Shown in pieces: positions 47,013 to 56,894 of a stretch of 64,000 nt of DNA. The stretch's first letter is position 1. Each line of letters opens with the position of its first letter. This DNA is from Candidatus Omnitrophota bacterium. GTDB lineage: Bacteria; Omnitrophota; Gorgyraeia; Zapsychrales; Zapsychraceae. The DNA is taken from assembly GCA_029261065.1 (NCBI GenBank), contig JAJDCB010000030.1, positions 324,876 to 388,875 on the forward strand, written 5' to 3'. The notes under the pieces are model-generated. The model did not search any database, was not told the origin of the DNA, and worked only from the letters and a program-made list of their open reading frames with translations. The position numbers were made by a program, and so were the translations under genes.

Positions 47013-48645
47013 TACAGCGCTACCAGGGATCTTTCAATTTTTAAAGAAACAAGCTGTGCAATTAAGGTATGGCAAAGAATTGAAATTGAGGAAAAACTGG
47101 TATTATCAACCTTTGAGTGAAGGGCTGCATGGATTGGAATTCTTTAAATCAACAACTCTGACACCCCATTGGCTGACATTAAATCAGGAATTAAGAGCTG
47201 GTGTTATGATTGATCAAAAGAAAGGCTTTATTTTAGAAATCAATGCCACAGAGGACATCGAATGGATTCAATGTGCTGTGGGTGCTCTTAAAAAAAGTGA
47301 GATTAAAAGAGTAAGAATTTCTATTGATGACAAATGCAAAGCGGAAATTTTGGATATGGCAACAGATATTTGGAATGATATGCGTATAAAAATTGAAGGG
47401 CAACAAACAAGCTTTCAATTAAGGGTTGAATGGGAAGGAGCGGGCACGTTGTATTATTCGCATCCTTTTATTAACAAAGGCATATCCCCTAAAGAAGCAA
47501 ACTCTCAAAAGAATATTATTTGTTTGGTGTTAGATGGTATCACAGCGGAATGTATTGATAAGGACAGGACGCCTCATATGTATGCTTTTTTTAAAGGCGG
47601 GGTTGAGTGTAGCAATGTTTACTCTCAAGGAGATTGGACGCTGCCGGCTTTCTCATCGATGTTAACAGGACAATATCCTTCTAAACATGGTGTGACAAAT
47701 CCAGACCAACATGAAACGGTTTTGGATGCAAAAACGCAGACGTTGCCACAGCTATTAAGAGAAGGCGGTTATCGCACCTTTGGTTATTCAAGCCATCTTC
47801 GATTTAATCCCGCTTATGGCCATGCGAAAGGTTTTGAACGATTCTTTTTTCGACCCTTAGCCTATGACCATAACTATGTTCAGCAAATACACGAAGCGAT
47901 ATGGCAGCTTGAGGCCCACCGGGATGAACCAAACTTTTTATTTCTTCATTTTTTTGATTCGCATCCACCGTATAAGCCGTTTACGTATTTAAAGAATGTT
48001 TTAACAAAACCTTTTAGAACAGGGGACTCTTCGTATCGAACGAAGGAAGATGGTGACGATCGTTATGAATTGGATGATCGGTTAACAAAATTAAAAGAAA
48101 TGGACTTGGCTTTTGGAATGTTTTTTTCGTATCTAAAAGAGCAGCCTTGGTTTGATCAATCCACCGTTATTCTTACGGCTGATCATGGGGTGACTCAAGT
48201 TCAGGAGAAAAAACCTTTATTATTATTTGATCGCGTCAATATTCCTTTATTTGTACGATCAAGTGAATTGAGTCAACACAAGAACAGTGATTTTGTTGAG
48301 GGTAATGTTGACTTGATGGCTTCAATTCTACATTTGGCGCAAATTGAGACGCCACCGAACGTAGATGGAAGGTTGTGGTCTTTTTTAGGTGGAGAGATAA
48401 GAAATCAAGCCTTTAGTGAATCGTTATATAGAAAAGTTTACTCAGCGGTGATACGCGATCATTCCAACTGTTATCATTTTAAATGTCCCTTTGATGAGAT
48501 TACAAGAAAGATTAGTTTCGAAGCCCTTGAATCTCTTACGGCTTATAAGCGTGTTAATGGACGAGATGTGGAAGAAGATGTTGTGGTTGAAAATAATCAG
48601 CAAGGTGATGTTCAGGATAAATTTAGAAAATATTTAGAGGTCTAG
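46987..48645 (+). CDS. alkaline-phosphatase-superfamily protein (sulfatase/phosphotransferase-like, predicted Thr nucleophile) with an N-terminal domain of unknown function
   Basis: Blocks VLDGIT..D..RTP, TLPAFSSMLTG (Thr in the C-x-P-x-R position) and LTADHG. Confidence 0.45.
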   Translation: MKQSQTTHNTALPGIFQFLKKQAVQLRYGKELKLRKNWYYQPLSEGLHGLEFFKSTTLTPHWLTLNQELRAGVMIDQKKGFILEINATEDIEWIQCAVGALKKSEIKRVRISIDDKCKAEILDMATDIWNDMRIKIEGQQTSFQLRVEWEGAGTLYYSHPFINKGISPKEANSQKNIICLVLDGITAECIDKDRTPHMYAFFKGGVECSNVYSQGDWTLPAFSSMLTGQYPSKHGVTNPDQHETVLDAKTQTLPQLLREGGYRTFGYSSHLRFNPAYGHAKGFERFFFRPLAYDHNYVQQIHEAIWQLEAHRDEPNFLFLHFFDSHPPYKPFTYLKNVLTKPFRTGDSSYRTKEDGDDRYELDDRLTKLKEMDLAFGMFFSYLKEQPWFDQSTVILTADHGVTQVQEKKPLLLFDRVNIPLFVRSSELSQHKNSDFVEGNVDLMASILHLAQIETPPNVDGRLWSFLGGEIRNQAFSESLYRKVYSAVIRDHSNCYHFKCPFDEITRKISFEALESLTAYKRVNGRDVEEDVVVENNQQGDVQDKFRKYLEV

Positions 48646-48650
48646 AGGCT

Positions 48651-49292
48651 ATGAATGATGTTGTTGTTATCGGAGGTGGAGGACATGCGCGGGTTGTCAT
48701 TAGTCTTTTAAAGAAAATAAAAGATTATCATGTGTTGGGATATGTGGCTCAGGAGGATAATGGAGACATTCTTGGGGTTTCGTATTTGGGGAGTGATCAA
48801 AAGTTAGAAACTATAATAAAAGAAAATCCGAGATGTGCGGCTGTTATTGGTGTTGGTAAAATTGATTTAGAAGATAAGCGTATGGCAATAAAAGCAAAAT
48901 TAGAACTATTAAAATTTGATTTACCAGCAATTGTTTCTCCTTTTGCGATTATTAATGAGAATATATTTTTAGGAGAGGGCGTGGTGATCATGGATGGAGT
49001 TGTAATACAAACAGGAGCGAGGATTGGAAATTGCGCACTTGTAAATACGGGGTGTTGTGTTGATCATGATTGCGTGATTGGAGACAATGTTCATCTCGCC
49101 CCTGGCGTTTCTTTAAGTGGTGGCGTTGAGATTGGGGATAATAGTTTGATAGGCACAGGTTCTAGTGTTGTGCAATATAAGAAAATTGGAAAGGATTGTT
49201 TGATTGGGGTAGGAAGTGCTGTTGTTGATGATTGTGTAAGTTCTGGTACGTATGTCGGCGTGCCGGCAAGAAAAGTGAAAGACTCGTCATGA
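48651..49292 (+). CDS. hexapeptide-repeat N-acetyltransferase, PglD/NeuD/LegH-like
   Basis: N-terminal VVIGGGGHARVV Rossmann-like motif plus C-terminal left-handed beta-helix repeats. Confidence 0.75.
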   Translation: MNDVVVIGGGGHARVVISLLKKIKDYHVLGYVAQEDNGDILGVSYLGSDQKLETIIKENPRCAAVIGVGKIDLEDKRMAIKAKLELLKFDLPAIVSPFAIINENIFLGEGVVIMDGVVIQTGARIGNCALVNTGCCVDHDCVIGDNVHLAPGVSLSGGVEIGDNSLIGTGSSVVQYKKIGKDCLIGVGSAVVDDCVSSGTYVGVPARKVKDSS

Positions 49293-50320
49293 GTAAAAGA
49301 AGAAAAAAAGTTTATATTATTGGCGAAGCTGGCGTTAATCATAATGGCAGTTTAAAGTTAGCCAAACAATTAATTGATGTGGCGGCCCGTTGTGGGTGTG
49401 ATGCGGTCAAGTTTCAAGTGTTTCAAGCGGATCTGCTTTTAAGCAAGAAGGCTCATTTGGCTCAGTATCAAAAAGAGGGCATCAGTTCAAAAATCAAGAC
49501 ACAACATGACCTTATAAAGGGATTAGAATTGTCTTTTGAAGATTTCGAAAAGTTATACAAGCATTGTGAGAAGAGGGGTATTGAATTTTTGGCAACGCCT
49601 TTTGATAAGACAAGTGTGGATTGGTTAATGGCATTAAAGGTTTCGTGTTTTAAAATTTCTTCGGGCGAACTAACCAATTTACCGTTTTTAGATTATGTGT
49701 CACGCAAGAAAAAACCAATGATATTATCGACGGGAATGGCTAATATGGATGAGATTAAAGAAGCTGTCGATACGATTAAGAAGAATAACAGTAAAATTGT
49801 TCTGTTGCATTGTATTACAGAATATCCGGCGCCCATGGATCAATTAAATTTGCGCGCGATACAAACGTTGCAGAATCATTTTGGTGTTGAAGTTGGTTTC
49901 TCTGACCATTCGTTGGGCATTGAAGCCTCTCCTGCGGCAGTGGCTTTGGGAGCGACGATTATAGAAAAACATTTTACGTTGGATCGAGGAATGGCTGGTC
50001 CAGATCATAAGGCGTCCTTAGAAGAAAATCAGCTTAAAAACATGATCACAAATATTCGTCTTGTGGAATCGGCTTTAGGAGACGGTGTTAAGAAAATTGC
50101 GGCATGCGAGAAGAAATATGTAGATTTAGTGCGCAAGAGTTTGGTTGCGGTCTCAACCATAGATAAGGGACAAGTTATTAAAGAGTCAGATCTAGCGATT
50201 AAGAGGCCTGCCGGAGGAATTGGACCAAAAGCATTTAATCGAGTCATTGGGCTAAAAGCACGGAAACGAATTGTATCAGACAGTATTATTCGTTGGAGCG
50301 ATGTTTATGAAAAAGCGTAA
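49289..50320 (+). CDS. neuB: N-acetylneuraminate-synthase-family enzyme (LegI/NeuB-like)
   Basis: VYIIGEAGVNHNGS N-terminus and C-terminal SAF domain. ATGA overlap. Confidence 0.85.
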   Translation: MSKRRKKVYIIGEAGVNHNGSLKLAKQLIDVAARCGCDAVKFQVFQADLLLSKKAHLAQYQKEGISSKIKTQHDLIKGLELSFEDFEKLYKHCEKRGIEFLATPFDKTSVDWLMALKVSCFKISSGELTNLPFLDYVSRKKKPMILSTGMANMDEIKEAVDTIKKNNSKIVLLHCITEYPAPMDQLNLRAIQTLQNHFGVEVGFSDHSLGIEASPAAVALGATIIEKHFTLDRGMAGPDHKASLEENQLKNMITNIRLVESALGDGVKKIAACEKKYVDLVRKSLVAVSTIDKGQVIKESDLAIKRPAGGIGPKAFNRVIGLKARKRIVSDSIIRWSDVYEKA

Positions 50321-51488
50321 AATATGTATCATTTCAGGATCACGCGCGGATTATAGTCATATGTATTGGCTTATTAAAGAATGTGATCAAGATAAAGACA
50401 TTAATCTTCAGCTTTTGGCGACAGGCATGCATTTATCGAAACGTCATGGTTTGAGTTATCAGATGATTCAACAAGATGGCTTTAAGATTGGGAAGAAAAT
50501 TGATATTCTCCGTTACTCTAACACAGATGAAGGGGTTGCTCATAGTGTGGGGTTAGGGTGTCAACTGTTTACAAAAGCGTACAAAGAACTAAAGCCAGAT
50601 ATTGTTGTGATTTTTGCAGATCGTTTTGAGATGATGGCGGCTTGCCTATCAGCTTACATGTTAAAGATTCCCATCGTTCATCTGCATGGAGGAGAAACAT
50701 CTCAAGGTGCGCTTGATGAAGCAATACGACACAGTATTACGAAAATGGGATCGGTTCATTTTACGGCTACTGAGGATTATCGTCGACGCGTTGTTCAATT
50801 AGGGGAAAATCCAAAACGTGTTTTTCACGTAGGTTCCCCAGGATTAGAATCGTTGTCCCATCAAAAATATTTGAGCAAGAGCGAGTTAGCTAAAAAATTA
50901 AAATTTGATTTTGATGGTCAAGTAGCCCTTATGACTTATCATCCGGTTACGCTTGAGAAAAATACAGTTACAAAGCACGTGGGGCAATTACTCAAAGCTA
51001 TAAAAGCAACATCTCTTAAGGTGATTATGACTAAGTCAAATGCGGATGCTCAAGGTGATGTGATTAACAAGATGTTGCGTGATTTTTGTCGTGATAACCC
51101 CAAACGATTTAAGCTTTATGATTATTTGGGTCAATTTCTCTATTATAATTGTCTGAAATCTGCAGATGTGTTAATCGGTAACTCATCAAGCGGTATTGTT
51201 GAGGCTCCGTCTTTTAAGATACCAGTTGTTAATGTCGGTGATAGACAAAAGGGACGAGTTCGTTCGGTTAATATTATTGATGTTAATAATTCAACAGCCA
51301 ATATTTTAGCTGGAATAAAAAAAGCGTTATCCAAAAGCTTTTTAACAAAATTAAAGGGAATGAATAATCCTTATCAGAAGTATAAAGATGGACGCGTTGC
51401 GTATCGCATTAAAGAAAAATTAAAGAAAATAAAGTTGGATGATTCGATTTTAAAAAAAGAATTTTACGATATCAAGTTTCAGTATTAA
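50307..51488 (+). CDS. neuC: hydrolysing UDP/GDP-HexNAc 2-epimerase (NeuC/LegG-like)
   Basis: KICIISGSRADYSHM N-terminus and epimerase_2 family blocks. Confidence 0.8.
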   Translation: MKKRKICIISGSRADYSHMYWLIKECDQDKDINLQLLATGMHLSKRHGLSYQMIQQDGFKIGKKIDILRYSNTDEGVAHSVGLGCQLFTKAYKELKPDIVVIFADRFEMMAACLSAYMLKIPIVHLHGGETSQGALDEAIRHSITKMGSVHFTATEDYRRRVVQLGENPKRVFHVGSPGLESLSHQKYLSKSELAKKLKFDFDGQVALMTYHPVTLEKNTVTKHVGQLLKAIKATSLKVIMTKSNADAQGDVINKMLRDFCRDNPKRFKLYDYLGQFLYYNCLKSADVLIGNSSSGIVEAPSFKIPVVNVGDRQKGRVRSVNIIDVNNSTANILAGIKKALSKSFLTKLKGMNNPYQKYKDGRVAYRIKEKLKKIKLDDSILKKEFYDIKFQY

Positions 51489-51497
51489 AGGAATGCT

Positions 51498-52568
51498 ATG
51501 AAATTAAAGGTTAGAAAAATGTTTGTGGAAGAAGATTTGTCCGTTAAGGAAGCTATGCGCAAGATGAGTGAGATTGGTGAGAAAATTCTCTTTGTCGTTA
51601 ATAATCAGAAAAAGCTTCTTGGAACGGTGACTGATGGTGATATTCGTCGTTGGGTGTTGGCAGAGGGAGCTTTGACGGAGGAGATTAAGAAAGTTTATAA
51701 TCCAAAACCATTTTACGTTGATAAAGGAAGCGATGTGAAGGAAGCCAAAGAAATTATGCTTAAAGAAAAGTTAGGCGGTCTTCCTGTTTTAGATGAGGAT
51801 AAGGTTGTCGATGATGTTTTGTTGTGGGACCGTGTTTGGGGAGCCAATGGGGGGGAGATCAAAAATAAGATTGATATTCCGGTTCTTATTATGGCAGGGG
51901 GAAAAGGCACGCGCTTAGATCCTTTCACAAAAGTATTGCCTAAGCCGTTGATACCTATCGGTGAGAAAACAATAATTGAAATTATTCTTGATAAATTTAA
52001 ACAATATGGCACTAAAGAGTATTACATCTCTATTAATCATAAATCACGCATGATGAGGGCTTTCTTTGAAGAAGTTAATACAGGGTTTTCCATTCATTTT
52101 GTTGAGGAGAAAAAACCTTTAGGCACGGCGGGAAGTTTGAAGTTGTTAGAGGGAAAAATCAAGAAGTCTTTAATTGTTTCAAATTGCGACATTATTATTG
52201 ATGCCGATTATAACGATATTGTTGATTTTCATTATGCAAAAAAGAATGATATTACAATTGTTGGTTCCTTCCGACATTTTACTGTACCTTATGGGATTTG
52301 TCAGATCGAAGAAGGTGGTAATTTGGTAAGCATGCAAGAAAAGCCAGAGTACGACTTATTAGTTAACACAGGGATGTATGTGATTAATAAAAGTGTTTTT
52401 AAATTTGTAAAGAAAAACAAATATTTAAATATGACGAGTTTAATTGATATTGTTAAAGATCAAGGTGGCAAGGTAGGCGTGTTTCCTATTGATGAAAAAT
52501 CTTGGATTGATGTAGGCCAATGGGAAGACTATCATCGCGCTATTCGTGCTTTTGAATTAAAACAGTAA
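51498..52568 (+). CDS. CBS-domain + sugar-1-phosphate nucleotidyltransferase (PtmE-like)
   Basis: Tandem CBS pair at the N-terminus, then GGKGTRL nucleotidyltransferase motif. Confidence 0.7.
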   Translation: MKLKVRKMFVEEDLSVKEAMRKMSEIGEKILFVVNNQKKLLGTVTDGDIRRWVLAEGALTEEIKKVYNPKPFYVDKGSDVKEAKEIMLKEKLGGLPVLDEDKVVDDVLLWDRVWGANGGEIKNKIDIPVLIMAGGKGTRLDPFTKVLPKPLIPIGEKTIIEIILDKFKQYGTKEYYISINHKSRMMRAFFEEVNTGFSIHFVEEKKPLGTAGSLKLLEGKIKKSLIVSNCDIIIDADYNDIVDFHYAKKNDITIVGSFRHFTVPYGICQIEEGGNLVSMQEKPEYDLLVNTGMYVINKSVFKFVKKNKYLNMTSLIDIVKDQGGKVGVFPIDEKSWIDVGQWEDYHRAIRAFELKQ

Positions 52569-52580
52569 AGGGAATCAATT

Positions 52581-53468
52581 ATGAAAAATGTTCGCGTTAT
52601 CGCCCGACTTGATATTAAGGGACCTAACCTTGTTAAAGGTATTCATCTAGAAGGTTTAAGGGTGTTGGGAAAGCCAGAACACTTTGCCCAATATTATTAT
52701 GAAAATGGGGCGGATGAATTATTTTATATGGATATTGTGGCCAGTTTGTATGGAAGAAATAGTTTATTAGATATTATTGAACGCACATCTAAAGAAGTTT
52801 TTATTCCTATTATTGTAGGCGGAGGTTTAAGAACGATTGAAGATATTAATGCTGTACTTCGCGCGGGAGCTGATAAGGTATCCCTTAATACAGCCGCGAT
52901 TAAAAATCCTGATTTTATCCGACAAGCCGCTAATCGGTTTGGATCGTCAACGATTATCGTTTCTATTGAGGCAATAAAGGAAAAGGAAGGACAGTATTTT
53001 GTTTATACGGATAATGGTCGTGAATATACTGGCAAAGAAGTTTTTCAATGGGCGAGAGAGGTATGCGAGTTGGGGGCTGGGGAAATTATGATAACTTCTG
53101 TTGATCGGGAAGGCACAGGGACAGGTTATGATCTTGAGTTAACTAAAAAAGTGGCTGAGTCTGTTCCTATTCCTGTCATTGCATGTGGTGGGGCTGGTCG
53201 ATTGGAACATATTGAAAATGTTGTTATTGAGGGTAAGGCTGATGCGTTAACGGTGGCATCTATGATTCATTATGATTTTATTAAGCATCACACGATTGAG
53301 GCGGATTACTCAGCGGAAGGAAATGTTGAATTTCTAAAAAAGAAAATGATTTTCTCTAAAATAGAGACAGTTAGTTTAGAAACGATTAAGAGTCATCTCA
53401 TGAACTCTGGCATCAATTGTCGTTTTAAACATCATGGCGAAATCAACAAACCATTAAACATATGTTGA
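52581..53468 (+). CDS. HisF-like cyclase subunit (WbuZ-like) of a glutamine-dependent sugar amidotransferase complex
   Basis: HisF (beta/alpha)8 blocks, e.g. IIVGGG. Confidence 0.75.
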   Translation: MKNVRVIARLDIKGPNLVKGIHLEGLRVLGKPEHFAQYYYENGADELFYMDIVASLYGRNSLLDIIERTSKEVFIPIIVGGGLRTIEDINAVLRAGADKVSLNTAAIKNPDFIRQAANRFGSSTIIVSIEAIKEKEGQYFVYTDNGREYTGKEVFQWAREVCELGAGEIMITSVDREGTGTGYDLELTKKVAESVPIPVIACGGAGRLEHIENVVIEGKADALTVASMIHYDFIKHHTIEADYSAEGNVEFLKKKMIFSKIETVSLETIKSHLMNSGINCRFKHHGEINKPLNIC

Positions 53469-53506
53469 ATTCGCTTAAGGCCAGGGCATTGTCAAAAGAG
53501 CAATGA

Positions 53507-53655
53507 AAGATACAAGTTACAAGACACAAGATACAAAAAAATATCAATGTTCAAGGTCCAATAACCAAAAAGGCTATCGTCAAGAAATTGTTTGGAATTT
53601 TTATTTTGTGAATTGTTTCTTTTTTGTATCTTGTGTCTTGTAACTTGGTTATTTT
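53507..53655. mobile_element. MITE-like element, copy D (degenerate; GTTACAAGACACAAGATACAAAAAA ... TTTTTTGTATCTTGTGTCTTGTAACTTGGTTATT)
   Basis: Seen directly. It separates the hisF-like and hisH-like genes. Confidence 0.55.
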
Positions 53656-53699
53656 ATAGAGTTTTTGACAATACGAAGACCATATCAAGGAGCTAATAA

Positions 53700-54404
53700 A
53701 TGTCTGAGAAACGAGATCAGTATGTAGCTATTATTGATTATAAGATGGGTAATCTATTTAGTGTTAAGCAAGCTTGTGAGCAAGTTGGTATTAAGGCTAT
53801 TGTTACAGAAAAAAAAGAAGAGATTCTTAATGCTTCTGGGCTGATATTGCCTGGCGTCGGAGGTTTTGGTGATGCCATGCAACATTTAAGGGATCTAGAT
53901 TTAATTGAGGTGATCAGAGATGAGATTGCTGCTGGCAAACCTTTGTTAGGGATTTGTTTAGGGTTACAGTTGCTTATGTCTGAGAGCGAAGAATTTGGAT
54001 CCCATGAGGGGCTTGGATTAATTGAGGGAAAGGTTAAAAAATTTAAATTAGAAAATAGTGAAGGTCGGGTGAGTAAAGTTCCTCAAGTGGGCTGGAATCA
54101 GATTGCTAGTGTACGGACAAAACAAGAATTACATTGGAATCAAACGCCATTGCAACATATTAAGGAAGATGATTATTTGTATTTTGTGCATTCTTATTTT
54201 GTTGAACCTACGTTAAGTGATGTTGTTTTATCTCAAAGCACATACGAGGGAGTGTCATTTTGTTCTAGCGTTTTAAAAGATAATATATTTGCTGTTCAAT
54301 TTCATCCTGAGAAGAGTGCCTCTGTTGGGCTTCAGATCTATAAGAATTGGTTTACACAATTTTGTCAAGAACCTACAAATAAGGAGATGAGTCGTGTTTT
54401 TTAA
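53700..54404 (+). CDS. HisH-like class I glutamine amidotransferase (WbuY-like)
   Basis: Catalytic Cys block GICLGLQLL and the H-P-E triad region (QFHPEKS). Confidence 0.75.
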   Translation: MSEKRDQYVAIIDYKMGNLFSVKQACEQVGIKAIVTEKKEEILNASGLILPGVGGFGDAMQHLRDLDLIEVIRDEIAAGKPLLGICLGLQLLMSESEEFGSHEGLGLIEGKVKKFKLENSEGRVSKVPQVGWNQIASVRTKQELHWNQTPLQHIKEDDYLYFVHSYFVEPTLSDVVLSQSTYEGVSFCSSVLKDNIFAVQFHPEKSASVGLQIYKNWFTQFCQEPTNKEMSRVF

Positions 54405-56886
54405 TAAAACGTTAGATAAGTATATGTCCCAGAAAGTTACAGATGTTAAATTTTGCAAGAAATGCGTCGTCTCTAATCAAAGACCTCGAATCAATCTTGA
54501 TGAAGATGGTGTGTGTAGTGCCTGCCGTTTTGCTCATCAGAAACATAACAAGATTGATTGGGCTTCGCGTGAAAAAGATTTGATTGAGTTATTAGATCAA
54601 TATAGATCTAAAGATGGGAGCTATGATTGTATTGTTCCTGTCAGCGGTGGAAAAGATAGTGGTTATGTGGCGCATCAACTTAAATTCAAATATGGGATGC
54701 ATCCTTTGACTGTGACTTGGGCTCCGTTTTTGTATACGGATATTGGATGGCAAAATTATATTAGTTTTAAAGACACTGGTTTTGATAATGTGCTTTGTTT
54801 TCCTAATGGAAAGATACATCGCAAGTTATCACGTCTAAGCTTTGAACTTGTAGGTGACGCTTGGGAGCCTTTTGCGTATGGACAAAAAGCTTATGCTTTT
54901 CAAATTGCTGTTAAGTTTAAAATTCCTCTTATTTTTTATGGAGAAAGTGGTGAGGTTGAATATGGGGGTTCTGTTAAGAATATAGACAAACCTTCTGAAG
55001 GAATTACTGATTGGAAAAACTTTTATTATAAGGGATCAAGTTTGGACGAGATTGCCAAGCATGGTTTAGAGTGTGGTTTTTTAACGGAAGAAGAAGTTAA
55101 AGATAAATCATTCGAGTTTTATAATCCTCCTAATATGGAAGAGGTTGAGAAAATTGGTGCGCAGATGCATTGGTTTTCTTTTTACAAAAAATGGGTTCCT
55201 CAAGAAAATTATTATTATGCCGTGGAGCATTTAGCGTTCCAAGCTAATCCTGGACGATCTGAAGGGACATATTCGAAATATGCAAGCTTAGATGATAAAA
55301 CAGATGGTTTTCACTATTATTTGGGTTATATCAAGCACGGATTAGGAAGAACGACATCTGATGCTGCCCATGAAATTCGAGATGGCCATTTAACAAGAGA
55401 AGAGGGTGTTGCTCTTGTGCAAAGATACGATGGAGAGTTTCCGAAAAAATATTTTAAAGAGTTTTTAGAATATTTGGAAATTGATGAATACCAATTTAAT
55501 GAAGTGATTGATTTTTATAGAAATATGTCGCCTCATCTTTGGAAAAAAGAAGATGGTGTTTGGAAATTGACGCATCAAGTCACGGATTTAAATGTTAAAC
55601 GTGAAAAAATTGAAGTTCAACCGGAGGTTAAGTCCGTTGAAGTTAAAGCATCCAATGAGAAAATTTTCTCAAAACATGGATTACCGGAAAAGGTTATTTT
55701 TTGTAAAAGTTGTGTCATGTCGAATCAGCGTCCCGCATCTAGTGTTGAATTTAAACATAAGGTCACGCATAAACATCGCGCCTTAAGGATTAACGATGAA
55801 GGAATTTGCGATGCTTGCCAATATGCTCGGCAAAAAGATAAGATTCAATGGAAAAAAAGAGAAGATGAACTGCTTCAATTGTTGGATAAACATCGTCGGA
55901 CTGATGGACAATATGATTGTATTGTTCCTGGTAGCGGGGGGAAAGATAGTTGTTATGCTTCCCATATTTTAAAATACAAATATGGCATGCATCCTTTAAC
56001 GATCACATGGCCACCTATTTTGTATACCGATATTGGATACAAAAATTTTCGAAATTGGATTAGTGTCGGGGGATTTGACAATATCTCTTTTAATTATAAC
56101 GGTAAAAATCATGCGTTATTAACTAAATTAGCTATTCAGAATTTGTTACATCCTTTTCAACCGTTCATTTTAGGTCAGAAAAATCTTGCTCCAAAGATTG
56201 CGATTAAGTATGACGTGCCGCTTATTTTTTACGGAGAAAATGAAGCGGAATATGGTAACCCAATCGCGGATAATGTCTCCTCTATGCGAGATAAATCTTA
56301 TTACACGATGTCGAATTTGGATGAAGTCTTTTTGGGTGGGGTTTCTGTAAAGGAGTTGATGGAAAAATATGGATTATCCTATCATGATGTGCAAACATAT
56401 TTGCCCGCCGATCATCAGGAGATTCAACGTTCGAAGACGGAGGTTCATTATCTTGGTTATTATTTAAAATGGACCCCTCAAGAATCTTATTATTACGCTG
56501 TGGAACATACGGGATTTGAAGCGAATCCTGTAAGGACAGAAGGGACTTACAGCAAATATAATAGTCTTGATGATAAAATCGATGGCCTACATTATTATAC
56601 GACATTTGTAAAGTTTGGTTTGGGTCGGGCCACTTATGATGCTTCACAAGAGATTAGAAATAAACATTTAACGCGTGAAGAGGGGATGGCTCTTGTTAAG
56701 AGGTTTGATGGAGAGTTTCCCGAACGTTATTTTAAAGAAGTGATGGATTTCATTGGAATGAGCGAAGATGAATTTAGAAATAATTGTGATAGATTTCGTT
56801 CGCCTCATTTATGGGAAAAACAAGCGGGAAGTTGGAAATTAAGAAATTCTATCTATGAACAATCAGATCAACTTGTTTTAGGATGA
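54394..56886 (+). CDS. tandem-duplicated, fused N-acetyl-sugar amidotransferase (two WbuX-like PP-loop modules in one 830-aa protein)
   Basis: Two internal repeats, each with a Cys-rich N-terminus (CKKCVVSNQRP...CSAC; CKSCVMSNQRP...CDAC) and a PP-loop (VPVSGGKDSGY; VPGSGGKDSCY). GTG start with an AAGGAG RBS. Confidence 0.7.
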   Translation: MFFNKTLDKYMSQKVTDVKFCKKCVVSNQRPRINLDEDGVCSACRFAHQKHNKIDWASREKDLIELLDQYRSKDGSYDCIVPVSGGKDSGYVAHQLKFKYGMHPLTVTWAPFLYTDIGWQNYISFKDTGFDNVLCFPNGKIHRKLSRLSFELVGDAWEPFAYGQKAYAFQIAVKFKIPLIFYGESGEVEYGGSVKNIDKPSEGITDWKNFYYKGSSLDEIAKHGLECGFLTEEEVKDKSFEFYNPPNMEEVEKIGAQMHWFSFYKKWVPQENYYYAVEHLAFQANPGRSEGTYSKYASLDDKTDGFHYYLGYIKHGLGRTTSDAAHEIRDGHLTREEGVALVQRYDGEFPKKYFKEFLEYLEIDEYQFNEVIDFYRNMSPHLWKKEDGVWKLTHQVTDLNVKREKIEVQPEVKSVEVKASNEKIFSKHGLPEKVIFCKSCVMSNQRPASSVEFKHKVTHKHRALRINDEGICDACQYARQKDKIQWKKREDELLQLLDKHRRTDGQYDCIVPGSGGKDSCYASHILKYKYGMHPLTITWPPILYTDIGYKNFRNWISVGGFDNISFNYNGKNHALLTKLAIQNLLHPFQPFILGQKNLAPKIAIKYDVPLIFYGENEAEYGNPIADNVSSMRDKSYYTMSNLDEVFLGGVSVKELMEKYGLSYHDVQTYLPADHQEIQRSKTEVHYLGYYLKWTPQESYYYAVEHTGFEANPVRTEGTYSKYNSLDDKIDGLHYYTTFVKFGLGRATYDASQEIRNKHLTREEGMALVKRFDGEFPERYFKEVMDFIGMSEDEFRNNCDRFRSPHLWEKQAGSWKLRNSIYEQSDQLVLG

Positions 56887-56894
56887 AATAATTA

